From contig OZ176055.1 of the NCBI GenBank assembly GCA_964247055.1, positions 7,068,001-7,132,000 of the forward strand: a stretch of DNA of 64,000 bases, written 5' to 3'. Shown here in pieces: positions 14,898-28,507 of this stretch. The translations under genes were made by a program, and so were the position numbers. The notes under the pieces are model-generated. The model saw nothing but the letters and a program-made list of their open reading frames with translations. It was not told the origin of the DNA and did no database searches. The DNA comes from Paragordius varius. Its lineage: Eukaryota; Animalia; Nematomorpha. Numbering within the stretch: the first letter of the stretch is position 1; every line of letters begins with the position of its first letter.

Positions 14898-14942
14898 TTT
14901 GAAAAATAATTAAACTTAAACCTTAAAAGAAAATCATAAAAC

Positions 14943-15170
14943 ACAGGGTACCTTACAAATCATACATATTATTTAACAAACACAGGGTTTAAATTTTATT
15001 GTACATTTTTTACAGGGTAACCATTTTACATTATATTATATATATTAATATTTTTACTATGATTTAACCAAAAAATGTGTATATTGAAAGCAAAAATGTT
15101 ATTTTGGGATATTTGATATTTTTTATGGATATATGCATTCGGACATAAACACGGTAACATTGTACAGGGT
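14943..15170 (+). promoter_or_regulatory. Cluster of miR-10-family seed sites in the Gbx 3'UTR
   Basis: ACAGGGT at 14943 (ACAGGGTA), 14982, 15012 (ACAGGGTA) and 15164, all on the sense strand, between the stop codon (14897) and AATAAA at 15249. Confidence 0.75.
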
Positions 15171-17552
15171 CTTCATACCTTTATTAATTTCCTTAGAATT
15201 TATTATTTATCATTGCAATATGATATAACAATTTTCTATACTATAAAAAATAAATTTATTTCTTATATAAAAACGATCCTCGAATTAGAGTAAAAATTGA
15301 AAGTATGCAGACAAAACTTCAAAATATAGAGTCAAATTTTCTTCAAAAGTTTTAAAGCTTATTTTCATATATAAATTTTAAAATAACAATTGTAAAATAT
15401 ATGTGTTAATACCTATTTATACATCTCTATTTTGAACTTTCAAATTTGAACAGTTAGTTAGTTATGTGTAAAAATAAAGTTAAAAAAGTATGATTACTTT
15501 TCAAAAAAATATGTGTCTTTCTCTCACATTTACCCCTAAAATTTTAATTTTTATTGTGTTTTCCTTAAAAAATATTTGGTTCTTTAAATTTTACAACCTT
15601 ATTTTGTGTATCATAACTCCAGTATAAAGTTTTTCAGACCTACCATAAATTGTTCTTACATGAAAATATAAGTTGCAATTATAGTAAAAAATGAATTGAA
15701 CATATTAATTTATCATTTTGATTAAATTTTTGGTTTAGTTGTTAAAGTACTTTATTAAACTAATAAATGGTTTTGCCCGCTCAAAATTGGAATCTGCGAG
15801 AATAATCAAAAGGGATCATATTTTTGCTTCGCAAAATAATAGCAGAAAAATTGAATAGGTGGACAAAAAAACTAGGGTCGGCTCGTGTAGATGCGCTAAA
15901 AAGAGGATTTGGTTTTTTTTCCTATTTAGAGCTGCTAAATTTGAGGTTCTGTAAAATTATAAATATTGCAATATTAAAACCATGATAAATGCATTAGATA
16001 TCGGAAAATAAATTTTTATGGCTAACAATAATTTTTTAACGGTATATATTTTAAAACTAATAAATTCAAATCCAGTGATTACAAAGCAACAGAAATTACT
16101 ATTTTCATATATATTTATATTTGAGGGCGTTTTTGATCGAATTTAATACATTTATTCGGAATTGTAACGATAGTATTGAGAATATTCTATCTGGATATCT
16201 ACTTAAAAAGTATATAAAATATGTAGCATAGTGGTTATTACGTTTTACTATAACGTATGAATGAAAATATAAATTATTAGCTCTAGAAAATATTTTATTA
16301 TATTCTTGATTAACCCAAAAATATCTAACCAATTTTCAATAATTAGTTTTTCGTGAGATGTTGTTATACATTATTATAAGATACATGGGATTAAAATTTT
16401 ATTCTTGTCCACATGGTTCAAATTTATGAAAAATATAATTGGCTTAGAGAAATTTCATTTTTTACAAAGAGTATTTATTATATGATACATCTTAGCTTAA
16501 GTGTAAAATAATGATTTTTAGATGACATGTGACATTTATTTTTTTCATCCCTAGCTGTTTTAGCTTTGGCTTCTATCACCATTCTTTCTCCTAAAAGTTT
16601 CCAACAAGACTACAACAAAAATGCTCGCGCGTTTAATTAAGGCATTGAAATTCCTATATATATAGATGAATTGTACGTGTTTTCACATAAAATAGGAAAT
16701 AAAAAGCAAACAGAAAACACTTTAACATTGTTGTTAAGATCAAAGAGTCAAACAAGTAAAAATAGTTAATTCTATTTCCAATAATTTTTGTCAAATCCCT
16801 ATTTGACTTTTTATGGAAAAACATGTTTCAATATCTCTTTCTTTTTCTGCACCAAAACTAATTGGCAAAAAATGATTGATGCTAAAAAGTGTCTTTTTTG
16901 ACTTTATACTGAAATAGTTTTTTACCGAACAACTTTCATCAATCGGTACATTCCATAATAAAAGTATTATATAGCTGTTGCCTAATCTTCCATAAGAATT
17001 TATCTCATATATGTTTTGATTGTGAGCTGTCATATACACAGTTTACCTGAAGGATTCGCTTAATATCGAAAAAATACCTTGGTTGATAATTTATGCTGCC
17101 GCAAAGGAGATTATTCAAATTGTAATATTTTTTTCCGTTAACCTATATCTTGTAGTTTTAGTGCAAATTTATCTAAACTAGCCATTACAATAGCCATATT
17201 ATATGGGTCTTTTGAATAGTTTATTTAAGGGAAAAGTTCATACTTGCTAATAAATATAGTATAAAAAGCTATTATTGACCATTTTAAAATTTTAATTATC
17301 AGAAAAAAGAACAAAGCATATGCAGAAAATTAATTATTCAGATGCGCCTTGCTTCCCATTGATTAAACGCCTAACAAAAGGTATATATTTCACATCGCCC
17401 AATCGAGACCCTACCCCAAACACGATTGGCATCATTAAACTTAAGTATAAATTACGGTAATAATTTATAAGTATTTTTTTACACGGATTAGTCAAATAAA
17501 AAGGAATTTATACATTTGTTATACTTCTAAATCCCAAACAAAATATCTAAAC

Positions 17553-17830
17553 CAGGGGTCACATACCGCCCTCGAAAGCATTTCTACAACCCGTGAGAAA
17601 TTTGAATGCCATATAATGAACTTCATAATTAAGACCTCTCTTTTGGAATTTAAATCAAAATGGGTTTTCTGAATAACTCTTTCCGAATTTCGGCAATCAG
17701 CTAGCAGAATTTGTTAAAATAAATATTAGTCATATTGTGATGTATTTTTTCAGTACGAATTTGATAAAGTAATTATGCATGTCCATATTTGTGAATGCGG
17801 CCCGCGAAACGATAGTGATGGATACCCCTG
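17553..17830. mobile_element. hAT (Buster-type) MITE, diverged copy
   Basis: CAGGGGTC... at the left end, ...GGATACCCCTG at the right end, internal GCGGCCCGCG, and decayed TSD ATCTAAAC/ATCGAATA. Confidence 0.7.
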
Positions 17831-18580
17831 ATCGAATATGTATAAGATGAGATAGTTGATTTTATACATCCCTCTTTTGAAATATTAAATCGGTATATCC
17901 CCATATGGTATATTCAAGAATGAGCATTGTTAGTTGCAACAAGTTTTGAAGACTTTCGATAACAAAATATTGTTATTATTACCGGTTTTTCACCTCAACA
18001 GTGTCCCTGAACATTCGAATAAGGTCCTTACTTAACCATTTTAATTTTAAATTAGTCTTTCAATATTTTTTATTTGCCTATATCTTATATCAATCAAACT
18101 ATGGATTACATATCTATTATATCATTTTTAAACCTATTTTTATTAACCCTAAAATTTTAGATGTTTTTGTCACCCAAGAACATCCAGCATTTTTTTATTA
18201 AATTAAAATTATTTATTAATAAGTTTTAAACGATAACATATATATAGTTTTCGGGGTTATTAAAACCTTTTTAATTAAAACATAAATAATTTTATAATTG
18301 TACAAATTAGAAACACAAAAGGTTGTTTATAAAAAAATATATTAAATAGGTTTAAATATAATAAAATAAAAAAATAAGTACAAAGAATATGATACAGCCA
18401 AACTTAAAAAGTTTAAGAACCAAAGTGTTAAAGGATCAATTCGAAGTGATGGAGGAGCAACTTAAAATATTCAAGGAAGTGATAAGGGACACTCTTGCAG
18501 TGCAAATGGTAAAAAGAAACATATATTTTTTCCATAATTTATATAAATTAATTTATATCCTATCCATATTTCTTTTAGAC

Positions 18581-18830
18581 CGGAGGGTCCAACACGCGGC
18601 CCGCGAAAAAGTTGTCCATAATTAGCAAAAATACACACAAATTGATATTTATCATACAAATTTTCTGAATAAGTCCATTTAATTGACGAACTAGATAAAA
18701 TTCTTGTACGGTTAACATTTTACAGTCTTAAGTTTGAAATCTGATGCGATTTTTATTTATGCATATATTTTTCACGGCCCTCCGGATGAGTCAAAAACGC
18801 GCCCCGTGAAGCCATTTGTGTTGGACACAG
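18581..18830. mobile_element. hAT (Buster-type) MITE, diverged copy
   Basis: CGGAGGGTCCAACACGCGGCCCGCG at the left end and TTGGACACAG at the right end, with TSD TTTTAGAC/CTTTAGAC (7/8). Confidence 0.7.
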
Positions 18831-19819
18831 CTTTAGACTATATCATCTACTTATTACATTCCAAGTTCCAAAATAGGAAATTAATACATGAAATTTAGAT
18901 AATTTTTTAAAAATAGAAAATTTAGGGCGATTTTGCACGTCTTGCAACTCTTAATCTTCAAAATAGAAATATCCAATGGATTGGCTGGCCCAAATATTTT
19001 AAGAGATCTATATAATTTGTTTTTGGTCACGTTTTTATCAATGGGGATGGCTATTTAATTAAATTATTTATTATTAGAAAGGAGGAGTCTAATTTTTACA
19101 TTAGTATCCTCAAAACATTTATCGATTTTTAAAAATTATTTTGTGGGCTTTAAAATAATTATATTAGGGTTTTTAGAAAATGTTTTTTGTCTCTTATTTA
19201 AATTATATGACGTCATGCACACGATAAACTAATAATGGTACGCAGAGTAAATTCCCAGGCCTGGAACATTTTATTTAATTTTTTAATTATATAATATAAA
19301 AATTAAGGGACTTTAATGCCATCTCCGACCTTGTTATAGGTGATGGATTTGTTAGGATACTGTCCTGTCTAATTATATTTATTATCACAATTTATATAGA
19401 AACATTTAATTATAGATAATAATGTTATTTTATTTGGTGTATTTCAAAATTTCATTATAACTATAAACCACGTGCGCTCTAGTAAAATTTAGACAAAAAT
19501 AAAGCAAATCAATATAAAAAACTTTGTCAATCAAAAAAATTACAATTATTTGATTTATAATTTCGTACATACCATGTATAGTCATAAATCATTACCGGTT
19601 TAACTAGACGATTAATTTGACACATGCGCCATTTGTTCTGATATTAGGAAGACTGCCTCCAAAAACTAGCATCTTATTTTTATCATTCAGTAATCATGTC
19701 AAATTTTGTGTCTGAAAAATAAGATTTGCCCACACACATTGCTTTTCTTAATCTATCAGAATATAAAAGCTGTTTCAAATCATTGTTTACTGCTAGAAAC
19801 ATGGTGCACATGGTCCATC

Positions 19820-20335
19820 AATTAAAAGTGAAATATAATTTCAAACTCAATTGCAATTAGAAGCATTATATGTATTACAAAAAACAATCATCAGACATGT
19901 ACGAGCATTGGGAAAAACAATAGTCTCGGATCCCATCCAATATTGAACGTCAAGAAAATTATTTATTTGACTTGCGAAATCCTGCTTCAACGTCCAAAAT
20001 CATTTTTATAACGAATTTCGGGTGATCATTAGTGGCTTTATTTTGTTACAAAGCGACTTAAATAGTGGCTTTCACTTGCTAGCCTTGTCATACCGAATCT
20101 CTTCGGATAGAAGAACGTGCACTGGCCATAGCGGTATGTCTATTATGAATTTTGGAAGCCATGTGAAACCATTGATAAACAACCCTATCGCCAATAAATG
20201 ATTGATTTAAAACGCATTCCGGAATAGGCTAGAAGCCTTGGCAATGATATTGCTACATGACGATATTCCGTATCACACAACTAAGCCAATCAAAGGTACA
20301 TTAAAATGGTTTCGATGGGAAATTACTTATATGCT
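19820..20335 (+). pseudogene. Degenerate mariner (Mos1-like) transposase fragment
   Basis: Fragments across frames read QTQLQLEALYVLQKTIIRHVRALGK, TCEILLQR..SFL*RISGDH*WLYF (decayed RIVTGDEKW), VYYEFWKPCETI..YRQ*MIDLKR and MILLHDDIPYHTTKPIKGTLKWFRWE (decayed ILLHDNARPH..WEVL). Confidence 0.7.
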
Positions 20336-20840
20336 GGTTTTTAAATTCTTTTACAAAGTCTGCATTCTCATCTTTCGTTTTAAACTTAGTTTTCTATGAT
20401 ATTTTTTATAATTGTAATAATGACATCTAGTTTTACGATCAATCGGGCAAAAGATGGATCAATAATATTTTAGCCAAATTGGCCGCATAAAAGAGAAAAG
20501 AGCCAAATCAATATTAGAAATTTAAAAACACAAGAATCGAATAGGAATATTTAGTACGGTAATTAATCAATATCCGAAAAAAATATTTGTTGATTAGACA
20601 GGTTCGGTCATATTTATATCCATCGATACTTTCAAGTTATTATTTATATTTGAAATTGCTCTGGTTTATAAAAAACCCCAAAAGGCAAATATATTCAAAA
20701 TTATTTATATGTTTAACTCTGAATTTAAATTAAAAGATTTGTTCTTTAAATGTAAGTGGTTTTATCTAAAATATTAATCAATTTTACCTCAAATTCGAAA
20801 GCTTAAATTAAATTTGGGAGCAGAATATCACAATATATTG

Positions 20841-21093
20841 CAGAGGCATACACGCGGCCCTCCAAAATATTTTCGCCGCCCATAAGATAAATTACAAAAT
20901 TTTAGGGAAATCTAAGTAAAATTGTTGAACAACTTTCTGAATTAATTTTTTAAAATTTTGGAATATGAACGAGCAAAAAATGCTAAAATAAATAATATTT
21001 TTTACAGTCTTATATTTAAATATAATAAAATATTTGTTAATGTCCATGTATTTTGTGAATGAGGCCCGTAAAGCCAATTGTTGGACACCCCTG
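20841..21093. mobile_element. hAT (Buster-type) MITE, left end decayed
   Basis: Intact right TIR TTGGACACCCCTG (21081-21093) and CACGCGGCCC near the left end. Confidence 0.6.
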
Positions 21094-22761
21094 TCTTTAT
21101 GTTTGATGTTGCCATGCAATATAGACTTAGCCAAACTAAAATAAAAAAAGTATGAATATCAAATTAAATTATAAGCCTATATCAAAAATTTATATCGCTA
21201 TATCTCTGCCTTTTGCGTTTAATCAAAGTAATCTAGCCCATTTATCGGGGACCAAAAATAAAAGCTTATAAAGTTTAAATAAGATTAGACTAATTATACG
21301 TGTACAATATATATACATATTCTGATAAATATATAAGGATTTCTATAGTGCTTTTGGTTTCAGGCCTTAAGGGTAATTAAAAAAATTTGCCACTTTGATA
21401 ATCGCTCCATATCGTGCAATCACAAAATTTGTGAACTTTATACCCATAATATTTTTTTGGTAAAATCTAAATGCATATTAAAATATAACTATATTGAAAA
21501 ATTAAAGCAATATTTATATGAAGATATGATCTTAAGTGCACCGAAATTCTCAAATTTTCGGACCCGTCAAAAATGGGCAAGTATTCTTAATATACAAACA
21601 AGAAGCCAGTATTGCGCAATTAAATTTTATATGTCGTTGACTTTTTGGAAAAAATAAATAATTTATTATTCATAGCATGATTTTTGATGATGTGAGTTTT
21701 GGTATTTCCAAGCATATAGTAAAACCGGTATAATATGATATTATAAAACTAATTTTTCTATATAATTCGATTATACTGAACACTTTTATCACATGATTTT
21801 TTGATTAAAGGATATGTTCATCTACAAATTTTAGTTGTGAAATAAGTTGTAGTTTTGACAAAAAACGCATATATAATGCAGTCAAACGCATAAATCAAAA
21901 ATCAGAGGTGGTATATGCTCAGCATTATTAATTTTTTTTTAACTGTTTTTATACTGTTTTAATTATGCTTCTAAATACTTTATAATTACACCAATAATTC
22001 GTTTAAACTATTAAACAAAATATCAATTTTTTTAAAAAAATTTATATATATTTTTATGCGAAATTTTTGGCATTTTCTTGTTTATTATGGATTTGACCAT
22101 AGCGGTAAAAAAGATTCGGTTTCAACATCTAAAATTTAGTAATTTATAAAAAATAATTTGATTTTTATATACATAGTTAATGATGGACTGATAATTTATG
22201 AAATGACGATTTTAGCGTGTACTAAATTTTTTTAATTATGCGACTATTTGCCTTTTTTAGATAGTTATCATAAAAGTTGTAATAATTTCTTTACCTACTC
22301 ATGAGGCTCGACACCATAATCACTATGTTAATCCTAGGACAATTTTTCTTAGAATGATATATTTTATATTTGTGTGCTTATTTACAGGGATGCAAAAAAT
22401 TTGTAGCTTTTAAAGCCCCTATCTAAAAATAAATTGCATAAAATGTTGTTTAATATGTATTTTAAGTTATTTCTTGCTCTAGTATTTACCAAAAAGGTAT
22501 ATTTATAACTACAATCTCCATCTTTTAAGTGACGCAATTACCACAACAATAATCTTTTTCTATGACTCGTAAGGCCCAAAACCAAAACATCATGAAAATC
22601 CTGATGCATTTTTCCATCAGAATATTTATATTTATAAATAAATTTTTTATCTAAACCGTTTATGAGAAATTATTTTTATGTGATATTATTTGCACACTTT
22701 TTTAAATTTTATAAAATTTTGTAATTTAACAAGATGCCCTCCCGATAACTATTTGTCATAA

Positions 22762-25332
22762 ATGATGTTTAATTTGTTAGGCCTTACCTGTATTTTTATT
22801 TCAGGTAGGCTGCTTTATGTTAAAGGATTAACTCCCCAAATTCTTATTGCCGATCAAAATAAATCCATAAATAATGGGGATGTTGCCAGATTTGACTGTT
22901 CTGTTAAATATCGTGGTCCATATGAAGTTTCTTGGTTGAAAATTGGAGATTTAGAAAACAAACAAACAGATCCCGATCATTTAACTACTGGTGGATCAAG
23001 AATCACACATGATACAAGAATGACAATTATCCGTAATACAGAAGAACAGTATATGCTGGAAATTCGAGATGTTAAACTTTCTGATTCAGGAATATATCAA
23101 TGCCAAATATCTACCAATCCAATCATTACAGCAAATGCATATTTAAGCGTTTTATGTATTTTTGATATTTATTATTAGATCGTCCTAAAATAAATCCTAA
23201 TCTTCCCGACATAAATGCGCAAATAGGCCAAGACATAACGTTACAATGCAGTGCGACTGGTTACCCAAAACCAACGATATATTGGCAACGAGAAAATCAA
23301 AAACTAATATCATCTATTGTTGGTCCTAAGTATGTTTAATTATAACCATAGATATTATGGAAATACTTTGGTTATTAAAAATGCCTCCAGAAATGATCGC
23401 GGTACTTACATTTGTGCAGCAAGCAGCAGTATTGGAACAGATTATTTCAAATACAATGTTAATCTAGAATGTAATACATAACTATTTTTACTTATCTTTC
23501 AATTATATTTATATTATCCAGTTCCACCCATAATCCGCATTGATGCTTCTAAAAAATCGGTTGGTGGCATGATAGGGAAACGTGTTGAACTTGTATGCTC
23601 AATCGAATCTAATCCACGCAGCAATATGTATTGGAAATTTAACGACCTTGAAGTTTAAATTATAATCATATAATTTTTATAAATATATTAATGCTCTTAT
23701 TTCCTAACACTTCTATTCGAGTAACAGATCATATTAAAATAAGTATTATTAAAAACTACTCAAAGTTGTGCTGCCAATAGTTTATGCTTTTCTTCCATAA
23801 AAATTATACCAATAAAACAAAATATCTAGATAAAATTTAGTTTTAAAACAAAGCTCTATATTCGACATCGTTTTTTTTACAATATTTTTGCAAAATCGTG
23901 TTTTTTGTTTATAACGCTGAACTTCAAGTCCATTTTTTGTTTTAATCACATCTAACGTTAATATAAACAGAAAAATGGTTTATTTTACCTTATTTTTATA
24001 TTTAGTTAATGCATACATCAATGTTTACCATTAGGTTTGCCCTTGAGAATAATATCAAGTTTTTTTGAATGAATCTTTTTAATATATCGGTTTATTAATG
24101 TTATATGAGTGCAAACTTTTGCAATAGTTGCAATTTATTCCATATTTTTTAAATATGATTTAAACACACATGGGGTCATCAGTTACCCCAACTTGGATCA
24201 GAGGACTATAATGAATTTGTATCGAAGTGTTATTTGATATTAATTTCGTATTTTTATTTATCGTAGTTAACAGACGATGAAAACGTTAAAATTGTCAGAT
24301 TGACCGAACGTAATGATCAAACATCGATGCAGCTGACTCTAAATGCGTTACGAAAAATGGATTTGGGAAATTATCAATGCATTGCCACCAATATATATGG
24401 CGGAGATTCCGAAACGATTACTTTATTTGGTTCGTTATTTTATATATTTTTTTGTTTCATTAACTCTATATTTGTCAATTTTTCCAACTTTTTCATCTCC
24501 AAACATTGTTTTTTATAAATTCTTCCACCTTGCAACTAAATGAAAAACCTTTTTAGGAAATAAGGCGAATTTATACACTGCACATTGTCCTGTGAAATAA
24601 AATAATTTTTTCAAACTAGCTGCTGCAAGAAATTAGTTTTACATAAAATATGGCAAAGAAGATTGATATTTAAGATAAATACGCGTTAAGTATTTTATAA
24701 TTAAAAATTAGACTAAAAACCCTGCTTTGACTTCGTCCTCGTTGAACTTATCATTATTAAATTTAATCACGATATAACATTGTATTTAGAGTGTAACGGA
24801 AAGAGGCTTTAATTTTATATTTGGTTTAAGAAATAGGCAAAAAGAGATTGAATAAATTTATTTTAATTATATAAATTATTTTTGTATTATAGAAAAAGAT
24901 TAAATTTGGTTGTATTCCATTATTTTCAGTTGTTATTTTCAACTAATCAAGATACACACACACTTTTATTTAAAAATAATTAATATCACATTTCACACGT
25001 TGTTTTTTTATTTTTCACTAATTTTACTGTTAATATAGGTATTATTCGCTGTTTGGCGCATTATTTTGTTTTTTCCCAATTATTTCATAGCTTTTGTCCG
25101 CTAATTATTTTCGAAATTTCCAGGATGTCAAAAATTACTATAATCCTTTATAGAACAAGAGCTGCCTAACATTTTAATATAATATCTTTTTTTAAAGATA
25201 ATTAATATTATATATATATATATATTAGAAATCAACGGAAGTATGAATCGTTCTCAAAACACTGTTTTATTATGGGTTTCTTTACCTTTTATCCTTTTTC
25301 ATACTTTTTTGGGTTTTATAAATAATTTCTGA
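22762..25332 (+). CDS. Lac: Lachesin-like (IgLON-type) three-Ig-domain, GPI-anchored cell adhesion protein; 6 exons
   Basis: Exons 22762-23155, 23179-23329, 23352-23470, 23522-23652, 24267-24429 and 25229-25332, joined by GT-AG introns of 23, 22, 51, 614 and 799 nt. The joined frame gives a signal-like N-terminus, Ig1 (FDCSV..W..DSGIYQCQIS), Ig2 (LQCSATGYPKPTIYWQR..DRGTYIC), Ig3 (LVCSIESNP..W..DLGNYQCIATN) and a hydrophobic tail (VLLWVSLPFILFHTFLGF). The start exon and exact orthology are uncertain. Confidence 0.8.
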
Positions 25333-26879
25333 AACTTTCCCTATTTATTATTTTACAAGCACCGATCTCACCATTTAATTTCATTTAACACGTCGTGTCA
25401 CCCATATTTAATCATTGATTTTATATATATAAATATAAAATTGGAATACTCGCCAAATATCAAGTTGACTCAAATTTTATTTAGCCCTTAAACTTAAATT
25501 TTTTAAATCAATCATGTGATATAGATGACATAATTTGGATTGCTTTTATCATTCCAGGCATTTATATATACTGTGATATATATTTATCAATAAATATGCT
25601 CATATACCTTGTTATATATCAGAATTTACCACAAAGTAAATTAGTGATAAAAATATTTAACTTTACTCAACTTAAAAAATTTAATAAAGCGTTTATTATT
25701 ATGAATTATAATTTGGTTGCATATTTCATATTTGTATTACCAGTTTTATCTTAAATATTTAGATAAATATTTATTTAATCTAATTGTATTATTTGCAAGT
25801 TTCATAACAGAAAATTAATAAAAAATTATTTGGCGGTATTTTCTTGCAACTTCCTATATTAAATAAAATAGACCTACAGGCAAAAATGCATTTAAATTTA
25901 ATACAATATCATGAATAATGTTATTACAATATGAAATCTCACAGGATAGACGATATTTAAAGGGAATGAATGTTAACGCAAAATTTTGTTAAATAAATAA
26001 GTTTTATTGAAACGCCCTCGATGACTGATTTGTGAATTAACATCAGAGTCAGGTTTTCCATGTTTTGCAAACCATCTATTTCATTAAGAGTTTTTTTTAC
26101 AAAAGCATCCTAAAAGTTAAATTTCACCCCAAAAAATATGGTACCATTAATTTTAAAGCTTAAACACTGTCATTACTGAGTAAATTTTATTTCCAAATAT
26201 AGGAAAAACATTGTCATTTTTGGATAAAACTCCAACTTCGAATATTTATCGTATTATTAATATTAGTTTGAATATAATAAATTTGCCATATTGATAAAAT
26301 TTAATATTTCAAATATGCCAAATTTTTTGCCAACAATTATAAATTTCAAAATATGCAGCGTTTATTTTTATCAACCATATTTTTAAGTTTCCCTTTTTCA
26401 GTATTTCTGCAATTCTGATGTGCGACGAGGAACAATCATTTAATATATTCACTCTTATTGTATTTTAATTGGTTATATGGAACTAAAAGAAAATTTCGCT
26501 ATAAGCAAAAGGCGAATCCTGAAATAGACGGTATAATGTATATAATTCATTGAGCAATTTTCCCTATATTAAACATTATTTTTTAGTAAATTTTGGTTAG
26601 TTATATAAAAATATGATACGAAATTAGATTTGAATGATTCTGTAACTTTAATAAACATTGCGCATGCTTTAAATTGGTTAAATTCAAGGTATATAAACTT
26701 ATTACAAAGTATTAAATAGCATTTGAAAATTATTGAGTAATAGCTGTGACTGTCACGCGTCTCTGGGCCTTAGTCGAAATGGAATATTTCATTCGAGTTA
26801 AAATTAGGATGAATAATGATGTTGATGATGGATACCCTTTCAACTCTGGGCTAGTTGAGACAGCTTGGATCATAGCCTT

Positions 26880-27215
26880 CTGTGTACATATATCTGTACC
26901 AGTAAATGGATCGAATGTGCTGTATTTTTTGATACGATCTAAATAGTCCAGGCCTTCCATATTTTCTAGCCCGTTCTACTGGGCCTAACGTGTCGCTTTT
27001 TTATTTTATCGGATCTCATCAAACAACGGAAGAATTTGAGTTGCAGGGTATTTATTCCTGAAGTAGGCTTTGTTTGGGCTTGATGTACTCTAGTACCTTA
27101 TAATTTTTTATATTATGTTCCCACTGTCTATCCAGCATATAACTATAGGTCCATAATCCAAATGCTTTTTGTTGTAGTGAGTTGAGGGCCCAGAACTCAC
27201 AGCTGTGGGCAACTA
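26880..27215 (-). mobile_element. Degenerate RTE-type LINE fragment (post-RT region)
   Basis: The minus strand reads SCEFWALNSLQQKAF.LWTY..ML..WEHNIKNYKVLEY, then QLKFF..LMRSDK and RKYGRP..DYLDRIKK, matching the RTE C-terminal pattern. Confidence 0.6.
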
Positions 27216-28197
27216 AAAGATTAAAATTCTAAAATAAAATTGTCCTTTAGCATTCCTGTGCTGTTTTTTTCTTCATTCGTCCAATTGAGTTTAGACCACT
27301 ATGCGAATACACTCATAATTTTTAATAAAGCGCTCAGAATTATGCTTATAGAATTGTAGAATGTTGATTTTGTGGCATTTTTCCGGCAAATAAGTTAATT
27401 TAAACTCAAAACATGAAAAAATGTATTCATAAATTAATATGACATAGTTGAACTTTTTAAATTATTATCCTTTAGTTACCGTGTGAAAATGGTTTTTTTT
27501 ACAAAAAATTATTATGAGACAATTTTCTGGAAGCCTATGCGTCAAAATATTTATTTTTTTACGATTCGAAAGGCAACTTTAAAATTGCTCCTTTAATACC
27601 CACTCCTCCCTTACCCCTTCGTATGACATTTTTGCAAAAAAAGAAGAAATTTTCCGCCGAAATAAGGCTATAAAACATGGAATGTGGTTTTTGTATTACT
27701 TGTTTATAGGCATTCACCCGTGTCAGTTTTTAAAATAAAAAGCTAAGTAGGTCCTTTCTCTGGTAAATATGTCACCAAATAAAAATAACTAGGTTTTAAA
27801 GCTAATCTCTAAAAACCTATGAAACCACATGGATCTAATAATTCTTTCAGCTACATGGTATAAATGCAAAAATTTTTAATTAAGCGCTGTTTCAACTAGC
27901 GGTTGATTAGGGCTATACCATTTGTAAAATACTACATAAAATAATACGGAGTAAATTTTAGCAAATATGAGATCTGTATATATAAAAGGGATTATAAGTA
28001 GTTCCAGCAAAAAGTCATAATAAGAGCACTTTGTTAATATGCTGCTGGACTGCGTGATTTTGAAGCAAATTTTGCGACAAATAATGGGATCATTTAAGTG
28101 TATCCAATATAAAGGCAAAAATTTTAGCAAAAGCATTTTTAATTTGCCGCTGAATAGGTATCCATGGTTTGAAAAAGATTCAATATATACACCAAAC

Positions 28198-28494
28198 TTT
28201 TATTTGTAAAAGATGAGGAGATAATAAAAGAAATGTGAAATGAACTGAATTATTTATTTTGTTTTTTTAAGGTGTATATATAGCAATTTTAACTGTCCAT
28301 GATTTGCATTATATCAATAAAATTCCAAGTAACAAAGGTTGTATATTTACATATAACACAAAAAATATCAAAAATAATACAATTCAAATAAGGGGTTAAA
28401 GTTATAATATATAACCAAAGTATGTATATCACATTTGCATATAACACAGAAAAATATTATAAAAATAAAGTATATCTTTCAAATTTGCCTAACA
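28198..28494 (-). repeat. 3' LTR (297 bp)
   Basis: Direct repeat of 32442-32738; on the element strand it reads TGTTAGG...CAAATAAAA. Confidence 0.95.
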
Positions 28495-28507
28495 TCACTT
28501 CCCCCTT
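28495..28507 (-). other. Polypurine tract
   Basis: AAGGGGGAAGTGA on the element strand, immediately before the 3' LTR. Confidence 0.85.

Noticed and set aside
14943-15170. TACAGGGT motifs as Tc1/mariner TIR ends
   Set aside because: All copies are in the same orientation, lack the following G of TACAGGGTG, and have no inverted partner.
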